DNA of 63,276 nt, counting the filler, from Collodictyon triciliatum (taxonomy: Eukaryota): NCBI GenBank assembly GCA_043381765.1. It is 12 parts of 12 records of this genome, joined end to end, with 100 filler letters (N's around TTAATTAATTAA, not from the genome) between each part and the next. Parts side by side here need not be neighbours in the genome. Positions count along the whole stretch, not along the records: positions 16,961 to 22,512 come from JBHJMP010005119.1; positions 22,613 to 28,163 come from JBHJMP010005120.1; positions 28,264 to 33,812 come from JBHJMP010005121.1; 9 more parts are not named here. One strand, written 5' to 3'. The notes under the pieces are model-generated. The model had not been told where the DNA came from and searched no databases. It saw only the letters and a program-made list of their open reading frames with translations. Shown one piece after another: positions 21,443 through 31,713 of the stretch. Position 1 is the stretch's first letter; the number at the start of each line of letters is the position of its first letter. A program made the translations under genes and the position numbers.

Positions 21443-21793
21443 TTAGCTAGGAACAGACCAGTTCAGTAGAGACTCATCACCCAATTGCCTGGAAGAAGGG
21501 ACAAATAGGAGGGTTAGCATAAAGGACTAGCTAATATATTCGGCAGATAAACCCAAAGGCGTAAATAGCTGTTAGTAGGCAACATTTAGATGGATAAGCA
21601 AAAAATATAAAAAAAAAATGATGGACCAACCTCTTTTTCACAACAGACAAGACCAAAAAGAAGATGCCAAAGCAAAAGAACATGATGGACATTCCTATGT
21701 AAGCCCATCCCAGGAAGTAATTCTTTCCACCAATCCAGTCGGTAGTGGATAAAACAACGGCCTTCTTGCCTTCGAACGAGTTCACATCGAAGA
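21443..21793 (-). CDS. CDC50/LEM3/ALIS family P4-ATPase flippase beta subunit, last two exons
   Basis: FDVNSFEGKKAVVLSTTDWIGGKNYFLGWAYIGMS followed by a TM helix, spliced to RQLGDESLLNWSVPS*. This is the CDC50 C-terminal signature. The upstream part falls in the N-gap 21805-22013. Confidence 0.9.
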
Positions 21794-22839
21794 CTACAAT
21801 TTAANNNNNNNNNNNNNNNNNNNNNNNNNNNNNNNNNNNNNNNNNNNNNNNNNNNNNNNNNNNNNNNNNNNNNNNNNNNNNNNNNNNNNNNNNNNNNNNN
21901 NNNNNNNNNNNNNNNNNNNNNNNNNNNNNNNNNNNNNNNNNNNNNNNNNNNNNNNNNNNNNNNNNNNNNNNNNNNNNNNNNNNNNNNNNNNNNNNNNNNN
22001 NNNNNNNNNNNNNAAAGTCAGCCCAGAGAAAAAGCAACGGTGAAAACGCCTCGGCACAGGGTTACTCGCCAAATCATGTAAGATAAGCAAAGAGGGGACT
22101 GACCGCTTGGAAAAGCATGACGATGACGGTTTTTTTGATCAGGTTCTGCAAGGCAAGAGGGAAGGAGTGTATCACGCCTATGCGGGAGGCTGGGTTTAGG
22201 CGTGTGTGCTCGCCCGCAGAGACCGATCCAGCAACAGAGTCAATCTCATCAACAGCCTCCTCGTCATAACCGCGCGGAACTTGCGACATACTGCGAACCT
22301 GTATAAGAGCGCACGTAACTTATTGCTTGTCCATGGATTTCCCCTTCACTATGCCATTGATTTGATTCTCAGCAAGACATCTTGACTCGCTGGTTATTGG
22401 CATAGCCGCAAGTCAGATCGAGATCGTTAGAGTTATTTGGAGGTTTTTTTTTTTTGCGACGAAAACCTCATCCTTGAATAAAACCAAAAAAAAAAAAAAA
22501 ACAAAAAAAAAANNNNNNNNNNNNNNNNNNNNNNNNNNNNNNNNNNNNNNNNNNNNTTAATTAATTAANNNNNNNNNNNNNNNNNNNNNNNNNNNNNNNN
22601 NNNNNNNNNNNNAAGTAAAAATAAAAAAAAAGTAATATTAATATATATATGATGTCAAATTTGTAGATTACTTTTTTTTTTTTTTTTTTGATAAACGAGT
22701 GTAATGCATTCTGGCTCAATAATCTTTACATGAAGCTGTGTTTTTTTTTTTTTTACTTTATTTAATTTCTGATATTATTGGCTACGGTATTTTCGTTACA
22801 CCGGGGAAAATTTCTTGGCATATTTTAGTGAGTGTGCTA

Positions 22840-24869
22840 TCAACCAATTATGTTAATTTTGTTGTGTTTAGGTAATCGCTGGGCATTTGTTTGATTTTGA
22901 CTGGCAGATACACCAGATGTCGTTGTTCCTGCTAAGATTGTGGCATCTAAACTACAATCAGGTGGTATAACTTGTGGGACAGATTCAACTTCGTAGCCAT
23001 GGGCTATGAGCCAGTCGTGATAGTGATAATTGAGACAGTCGATTTGTGGCCTTGTGAGATGCTTTTTGTAACCAAGTGGCGACGGGTCGGATGAAATATG
23101 GTCATTTGTGACGAAAAAATACGGATTGGTGTGGTCGTGTAACATGTTACTACGACTTACAGTTAGGTCCCTTGATATTTTAATTATTTTTAATACACAA
23201 TTTTTTATATCCTTATGTTATAAAACATATTTCATATATTTCCTTACTTCTTCAGTGTATATATGTTTTGTTTTGTTTTTTTTTGGATAAATAGAGCATT
23301 ATCATAATTCAATCAAGAATATGAAACATTTTTAATGTTTTTTTTTTGTTCTTCTTTTCCATTGTGTTCATTTAACGATTTTTCAATTTTATTTTATTTT
23401 CTGTCATCTCAATCACATGAAATCAACCAGTAGGGAAAGTTGAGGGGGGGGGTTCGGTTACCTTTGAATACCAGCCATTATTTTCGATATGCGGCCAGGG
23501 TCCGGTATTATCCCAAGCGTTTTAATAATGTCAGAGAGGGTCTCGTTAGGGGTCTGAACAAAATTTTCATACTTGAATGAATAATGAGCCTTTTGGTTCC
23601 AGATTCTCTGTAAAACAGTCGCACGTTGTATGATAGTAGATTAATAAAATGGTCATGAATGATAAAATACCAAATCCAAATGTCATAGTTTATTAATAAT
23701 GTCTTTGATTAGTCAACATGTATAATTCGAATCGCGTCAAGTTTAAGTCTAAAATTAGTAGAAAATCTTATTAAGAATACTTGATGTTCGAAAGAAGTAT
23801 GTAAAATTTGTCGACAGTTGCGGTATATCCTATTAGGCGAATTAAAATTTATGTCCTATTTTATTTGTATGAGATTGTGCACTTTTTTTCCCTCCGTATG
23901 GACATAACAATTGTTTTCCAACCCAACAAAATCTTACCCTTCTGGATAATTAGCACACCCTCGCATGTTTTTCCGAATCAACGAGGCGAACTCGTCTCTC
24001 ATGTCCCGATACGATGAAAATATATACGTGCCCTATTGTATGTACGAGGAGTAGATGACTTTTTTTTTTTTTTTTGTAAGAAGAATGAAGAAACAGAACA
24101 GCCAAGAGAGGAAGAAAAAAAAAGTGTCGCTACTTAGGACTTTCTTATAACTTCATACAAGAAATCAATGTTAGGCTCATAAAAAGTACGCTGACATGTA
24201 AATGTCTCCCAAAAATTCTATAATTCGATTACATTCTAATCGAACATATATACTTACCATCAACTCTAGACGGACGTCATAAATATGGGTTTTAAGAATC
24301 ACATTTTGTTTCCCTTCGACCATTTCTCTGGTTGGGAAATTACCCATTGGATTTTTTTCGTCGTCATATAAACAAACAGCTCTGTGTTGTATTCCATACT
24401 CTCTTGCAATATTGATAAGAGCAGAGTATTCCCACGTGCTACCTTTTGATTTTACAGGGAAAAAAATTAATTTTTTTATAAACTTAAAAAAAACGACTAA
24501 CAAAAAATAATTCAAAGACAAACTATCTTATTATTTATACCGGTTCTTCTAGCACCCACTGCAATAACTACAGTTTTTTCTGTCAAATACCTCGATTTTG
24601 GTTGTTGTTCGCAAGTGTACTTATCTTGTAACTTGTTGTTATGTAATACATCTAATAATAGATGCAGGTGAGTCTCCTCCACAAGTAAAAAGACATGTAA
24701 TCGTTGTAAGTTATGGATATGTTGATTTTGACGTACCTTTGGTATAGTATTTAGTGACATATGGGGGTTCTTTTTCAACATACATCACCATACAGCAAAA
24801 TATAGCAGCAGATACTAAAACACCCAGTAAAGCAGAAATGCCTTCTTTCAGATTTGAATAAATCGCCAT
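22840..24869 (-). CDS. Sulfotransferase-fold protein B, type II membrane-anchored, 7 exons
   Basis: ATG at 24869 (MAIYSNLKEGISALLGVLVSAAIFCCMVMY, a signal anchor). 5'-PSB-like motif AVGARRTG|STW, then LKTH, 3'-PB motif SSYRDMRDEFAS, FKYENF and C-terminal HISSDPSPLGYKKHLT...DWLIAHGY. Confidence 0.8.
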
Positions 24870-25936
24870 TTGAAGCTGTTAGGAGGAATATGTCTTTTTT
24901 TTCTTCTTTTCCTTCTTCTTCTTCAATGGGCTGGGTCTGCGAATGCCTCCAGCCATATGTGTTTTATATATCGAGAAATTAATAGCGAAAAATAGTACAG
25001 AAAAAGAAAAGTGTACATTTTAAGCCTTAATAACCACAGCCAGTCACAGTTATTTCGGATCTGTGCTATAACCCCCATCGGATTTACAGAAATCAAGCAA
25101 AGTATTCGATGAACCACTAAACTGCAAAAAAACACTAAAAAGGATGCGGAAGCTGAATAAGAAAAACAGAGGGACGTACTATTAAGGTTGATGACGGTCA
25201 TGTTCTAGTTAAGGAACATTATAAAAATAAACCTTTCGCATAAATATGTATCTGCGAGTAGAATAATAACCACCAACGCTGAACTCAAATTTAGAAGTGT
25301 CACTGATTTACTTTCTTCCGGGTCATTGCAGAGCGTTTTGGAAATAGATGGCAACAACGAGTCATTTATTTGTTTTGATAAATTGCTGACATGACAAGAT
25401 AGCTAAAGGGGATTTATTGTCTTTCCTTCGTAGTGTTTAAAGTCTAGACGTAAAAAAAAAATAAATTAAAAATTAAAATTGTAATTAACATGACCTCGCA
25501 ACATTCGCCACTGTGACAGCGAGCAGAGAGAAGTGAGGGTAATCGCAATGATAACTTTGATATTGCTTATTCAGCTTCCATTACACTCATGGTCAATCAA
25601 CTAGTTATATTATTCTCTTGGTCGGCTTATTATCACTGATTTCTCTTTGATAAAATCATCGCAATAAAATAAAATAAAAAAATCCCTTAAGCTACATGCA
25701 TCCCCATTCAGACATATGGGCTTTTTTTTTCGAACTTTTTTCGACTCATACTAATAATAATAATAATCATAATAATAAATTGAACCCGATACAGAAATTT
25801 TGATTTATTCACACTCTAAACCCAGGGCCATTGTTGGTGATTTTTCTTAAACCGCGGTCATTTGAAATGGTGATTAACGTCCGCCACTTCGCTCACAGGG
25901 GCAAATCTCTTTCATTTATTTCAGTTCGTATGGGTT

Positions 25937-27882
25937 TTAAAGGGAACATTTCGGTGACTTAGCGTCAGGTAAAAGAATGACAGAATAATTCCTTGATAGG
26001 AGCCATCGGTGGTAGTGAGAGTTAACACATTTAATTAACGTATGTGATAGTTTAGACCGGTAATTCCCAGGCTTCGTTGTTATGATATTTTTATGGCTGA
26101 TAGTAATGGTATTGTTGAATTCTTTCGACAAGTTTGATTTCCATTTAGCGATATCCCTGCATGCATATATATATATATGGAATTCCATGTTAAGGATATA
26201 CTCTTTAAAGAAAACCAAATGTAAAAGTGACGCCTGAAATGTAGTTTTAAAAAGAGGGATATGAATCGCCTTACTGAATGGTTTTTTGGAGTATTAAATT
26301 TTTTTGTTTGCCATCGAATTTTATTCCAAGGATTTTCATCATTTCGGATATGACAACAATCGGCTTCGATATCATCTTTTCGGCCCTTGCATCATATGAA
26401 GAAATTTTACTCCAAAGAAGCTGTAATAAAAGAATAAATGAGTCTTTGTCTTGATACTGGTTAGGTGGATATTTCACCTTCGGCATATGTCTGATTACTT
26501 TGAATCAAATCAAGGAAAAAGAAAAGAAAGAGGATATGTCTGGTTCACCCGATTACATTTTTTTTCAAAAGATGATATTATTTCCATACAAAGTTTGTTA
26601 TTATGTCTTCGTAGCTTACAAGGTAATCGATAAAGAAATTTTACTTGGTTTTGGTGGTAGGTATTCAACAACCGACGACAATCACGAAAGAGACTAGTAA
26701 TTATTATATTGATTAATATTTGTGTGTTTCTGGGAAGAAAAATTCTTCACTTTCATGTATTATTAGATCAATTCTATGCATATTGTTTAATACCCTGAAG
26801 GACTTTGATTGCAATTTCTGATATTGTGGCTCATGATAGATAAAAGCTGGTCTCTTAAGTCTCGATGGGATGTAAATACATAACTCGCCTTTAATCGTTT
26901 TAGGAAAAATGATTACTAAGTTATTTGTTAGAAAAAAGAATAAAAGAAATTAGTTGTATACCCCTTCTAGTATAAAGTAATAATGAGTGCATTATCATTT
27001 TCGAAAACAAAAATGACACCGAGATACATTTTCGTATCTTGTTCATTTGCCAACATACCATCAGCTCATACTTGGAATTGTAGTTGTGACTCTTCAACAA
27101 CAGCACCTTATTATCTCCGATGGTATCTGCTGTAGGGAAATTACCCATTTGATGGAATCTGGGTTCTTCTAGAATGATGTCTAATCCTGGCAACCCCGCT
27201 TGTCTAATGATGTTTTTTAGAGCAAAAAACTGCCACATACTTCCTGTATGGTTTAAAATATCATTAAATGGATTAATATGTTTTTAACTTCGGAAATGGT
27301 TTGCTAATTCATTCTAGCATATACCCAAATAAGAGTTAACGAGAGGAATCAGACTGATTTTTCTATTCTATCAATTTCGTTTTTCTTATTCAACTAATTT
27401 TTTTATACATTCATTTTTGATTCATGCAAGATGATAGGTTACCCTTGTGGTAATAATTTTTTTTTTTTTTTTGTCATGAACCTGCCTGGCGACCCCCTGC
27501 TGCGAATATTACGAGCTGTTTGTTGGGATCAGCAGCGAGAAGCCCGAAAACGCCTCCGGTGCAAGAGTTCTCTCTCGTCAAGCCGATTTCTGAAGCACCT
27601 TTAGCAATATTGCATTGCATTATTGTTAGCAAACATACCAAGACCAGCTATTGGAATATCTCTAATGATACATAATATATATAATCATTACAAAGACAAT
27701 TCGAGGTGTGTGTTGTGTGGCGTTCAGGAATGTCCTGGAATAGAAAATAACCTCAAACCTATCTTGTTGGGCGCATGTATCGTTATGTTTGTGGGTTTAA
27801 ATAGACTGGGCTCCCTCCAAAGTTGCGTGGGCGCTATGAAAACCAGGGCAACAAGAGGAACGGCCAGCCTCCAATGCGTCAT
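25937..27882 (-). CDS. Sulfotransferase-fold protein A, tandem paralog of B, 7 exons
   Basis: ATG at 27882 (MTHWRLAVPLVALVFIAPTQLW), then AAGGRQAG|SMWQFFAL, MGNFPT, LKSH, TSHRDLRDQLLS, GLFRDCRRLL and PGNYRSKLS...RWLLSRNY. Intron phases match paralog B. Confidence 0.75.
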
Positions 27883-28263
27883 CCCTGGTTTCTGGTGCGC
27901 TGCGAATCAAGCGAAACACACACTTCCAGCCGAGAGGTACATAATGGCAACAGATCGGTTAAGATGTGCCCTGAGGAGATCCGGCAAAAAAGCTGAACCC
28001 AATCAGTTCTCGTTTACCTTTCAATCTTCCAGGACTTTTTTCTTCTTCTTTTCCTTTTCCTTTCTCTTTCTTTTTCTCTTTCTCTTTCTCTTTCTCTTTC
28101 TCTTTCTCTTTCTCTTTCTCTTTCTCTTTCTCTTTCTCTTTCTCTTTCTCTTTCTCTTTCTCTNNNNNNNNNNNNNNNNNNNNNNNNNNNNNNNNNNNNN
28201 NNNNNNNTTAATTAATTAANNNNNNNNNNNNNNNNNNNNNNNNNNNNNNNNNNNNNNNNNNNN

Positions 28264-31200
28264 AAGGCAGAAATTCGTGTCATTTGTTGGTTTGTATGAG
28301 CCAAGTCTGCATGGAACACATTCACTTCCATCCTCAAACTGTCCCGGAGGGCATGTGCAAGCACCATTGAATGATATATAGGAATAAATGCATTTGCACT
28401 GATCGATTGATTGAGAGCCTTCTTTAGTTGTAGTTGAGCGTGTGGGACATGAATTGCAAGAAGAGCTTCTCTCTGAGCTGTAACTCCCTTTTGGACATGA
28501 AATGCATGATGACTGATTTAATGAACCAGTTTTATTGTTGAATGTGCCAGCTGAACACGATGTGCATGATGCTTGGCCATTTCTATCATTCCAAGTGCCT
28601 TGTGGACATTCAATGCATGATATGTTTCCATATGAGCCAGAGTTTGAGTTGAATGTGCCTTTTGGACAAGCAAAGCATGAGCTTGAGTTTTTTGGGAAGT
28701 CTTCTTCTTGATAATATCCTGGTGAACATAGGCTGCATGATGCGCTTCTTTCTGAGCTGTAGCTTCCATTGTGACATGAAACACATGATGTTTGGTTGAA
28801 TGAACCAGTTATGTTGTTGAATGTACCCGCTGGACATGATAAACATTCATCTCTTTGTTCATTACCATACGTTCCTTTCGGGCATTTAGCACATGATGAG
28901 TGGCTTGTTGATCCAAATCGTGGATTGAAAGTTCCGTCAGTACAATTAGTGCACCCAGTCTGACCAAGGTTTGCATTGTAAGAACCAGCTGGACAAAGTT
29001 CACATGTTGATTCGCCAGACTTTGATGAATATCTTCCTTTTGGACATGGTTGGCAACTGCTTACACTTGCTGACGCAACATCTGGGTTGTATGAACCGGC
29101 TGGACACTTTTCGCAAACGGTTGCTTTAGTAGAGTTTGAGTAAGTTCCTGGTTGACAGGGAGATGTTATAGATGCTCCTTTTTCTGGGGAATAAAATCCT
29201 GGTTTACTTTCTTGGCATCTCGATTGACCTTCGACTCCGCTGTAAGTACCTGGCTCACATTCTATGCATGAAGAATTTGAGGTTGCCATCAAATCCACTC
29301 CATAAGTTCCTGAAGGACACAAAGTGCAAGACTCCAATCCAAATTTGTCCCCATAAGAACCTGAAAAACATTTAATACAAGCATTGTAAAGAGAACTTGA
29401 CCTCCTGCTCGGGTTATATGTTCCAGGTACACAACTTCTACAAAATGATTGGCCTGAAAAAGGATTGTATGTACCAGCGTCGCATTCAAGACAGTCAGAT
29501 TCACTAATAGAGCTATTTTTGGTGGTATAAGTTCCAGACGGACACAAAGAACATGAATTTAGATCGTTTATATTGTAATATGTTCCCTCTGGACATGGTT
29601 TGCATTTATTCGAGAGCCAATCGAAGTATCCATATCCACAAAGATTCCAGATTTTGACAGTATTATCACCACCTCCAGAAACAATTTTTGAGCCATCCGG
29701 AGTAACAGCAACACTGTAAACATGACTAGTATGGCCGGTCAATGTGCGAATTAAAGCTCCATCAGAAAGATTCCAGATTTTGATTTTTATATCAGCACTT
29801 CCAGAAACGATTTTTGAACCATCAGGAGTGATAGCAACACTGCGAACATAATGAGTATGGTCGGTCAATGTGCGAATTAAAGCTCCATCAGAAATATTCC
29901 AAATTCTGATTGTATTATCGTAACTTCCAGACACAATTTTTGAACCATCAGGAGTAACAGCAACACTGGAAACATCGTCAGTATGACCAGTCAATGTGCG
30001 AATCAAAGCTCCATCAGAAAGATTCCAAATTTTGATTGTTTTATCCAAACTTCCAGAAACAATTTTTGAGCCATCAGGAGTAACAGCAACACTGAGAACA
30101 TCACCAGTATGACCAGTCAATGTGCGGATTAAAGTTCCATCAGAAAGATTCCATATTTTGATTGTTTTATCCAAACTTCCAGACACAATTTTTGAGCCAT
30201 CAGGAGTAACAGCAACACTGTTAACATCACTAGTATGACCAGTCAATGTGCGAATCAAAGCTCCATCAGAAAGGTTCCAAATTTTGATTGTATTATCCTC
30301 GCTTCCAGAAACAATTTTAGAGCCATCCGGAGTAACAGCAACACTGTTAACATCACTAGTATGACCAGTCAATGTGCGAATCAAAGCTCCATCAGAAAGG
30401 TTCCAAATTTTGATTGTATTATCATAGTATCCACCACCACCAGAAACAATTTTTGAGCCATCAGGAGTAACAGCAACACTGGAAACATCGTCAGTATGAC
30501 CAGTCAATGTACGAATCAAAGCTCCATCAGAAAGATTCCAGATTTTGATTTCATTATAGCTTCCAGACACAATTTTTGAGCCATCTGGAGTAACAGCAAC
30601 ATTATCAACACTAAAAGTATGACCAGTCAATGTGCGAATTAAAGCTCCATCAGAAAGATTCCAAATTTTGACAGTATTATCCCAGCTTCCAGAAACAATT
30701 TTTGAGCCATCAGGAGTAACAACAACACTGGAAATACCATGAGTATGACCTGTCAATGTGCGAATCAAAGCTCCATCAGAAAGGTTCCAAATTTTGATTG
30801 TATTATCCAAACTTCCAGACACAATTTTTGAGCCATCAGGAGTAACAGCAACACTCAAAACGGTACCAGTATGACCAGTCAATGTGCGAATCAAAGCTCC
30901 ATTTGAAATCTTCCAAATTTTGATTGTTCTATCATTACTTCCAGAAACAATTTTTGAGCCATCAGGAGTAACAGTAACACTGAAAACCCTATCAGTATGA
31001 CCATTCAATGTGCGAATCAAAGCTCCATCAGAAACATTCCAGATTTTGATTGTTCCACCTTCATAATAATCACCACTTCCAGAAACAATTTTTGAGCCAT
31101 CAGGAGTAACAGCAACGCTTTCAACACCATAGCCATGGCCGTACAATGTGCGGATTAAAGCTCCATCAGAAAGATTCCAAATTTTGATTGTATTATCAGC

Positions 31201-31713
31201 ACTTCCAGAAACAATTTTTGAGCCATCAGGAGTAACAGTAACACTGGAAACACCATCAGTATGACCAGTCAATGTGCGAATCAAAGCTCCATCAGAAAGA
31301 TTCCAGATTTTGATTGTATTATCAGCACTTCCAGAGACAATTTTGGAGCCATCAGGAGTAACAGCAACATTGTAAACATCACTATTATGACCAGTCAATG
31401 TGCGAATCAAAGCTCCATCAGAAAGGTTCCAAATTTTGATTGTATAATCTGGCCAATCATCATGGCTTCCAGAAACAATTTTTGTGCCATCAGGAGTAAC
31501 AGCAACACTGTTAACGTTACCAGGATTAGCGATGGTGTAAACTTGGTCATCTTGCCCTTCAACAAGACACAATTGGCAGTGGAGCATCAATCCTAAAGAT
31601 ATATCAATTAAAATCCTATGTAATTTGAATTTATAAAATCAGAAAAATTAAAATATCATAAATGACTAACCCAACAGCAACACAGCTGCAAACGACTTTG
31701 AGTTCAATCTCAT
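28264..31713 (-). CDS. Secreted or cell-surface protein: signal peptide + 15 highly similar WD40 repeats + Cys-rich GCC2/GCC3 (ephrin-receptor-like/TNFR-like) repeats; 3' end missing
   Basis: Exon 1 (31713-31671, MRLNSKSFAAVLLL-G) splices over a 78-nt GTTAGT...TTTAG intron (31670-31593) in frame to GLMLHCQLCLVEG-QDD. WD40 array is at about 31545-29641, followed by about 23 CxxCxxG[T/S][Y/F] modules that run to the scaffold end with no stop codon. Confidence 0.9.
29641..31545 (-). repeat. Coding tandem repeat with a roughly 126-bp unit, 15 copies (WD40)
   Basis: The DNA unit ...ATGACCAGTCAATGTGCGAATCAAAGCTCCATCAGAAAG... recurs about every 126 nt. Protein consensus: ALIRTLTGHxxxVxSVAVTPDGSKIVSGSxDxTIKIWNLSDG. 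Confidence 0.95.

Noticed and set aside
22014-22410. Minus-strand segment (MSQVPRGYDEEAV...) as the CDC50 N-terminus
   Set aside because: The orientation is plausible, but no CDC50 motif is visible and the 209-N gap is too short to hold the missing domain. It cannot be assigned.
26160-26280. TCCTTAAC on the minus strand resembling a U12 branch point
   Set aside because: The intron donor is GTAAGG, which is U2-type rather than RTATCCTT, and the motif lies about 30 nt from the acceptor.
29641-31545. CRISPR array or diversity-generating retroelement suggested by conserved repeats with variable segments
   Set aside because: The units are in-frame 126-bp coding WD40 repeats in a eukaryotic gene. 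No cas or reverse transcriptase gene and no template repeat is visible, and the variation is not adenine-specific.
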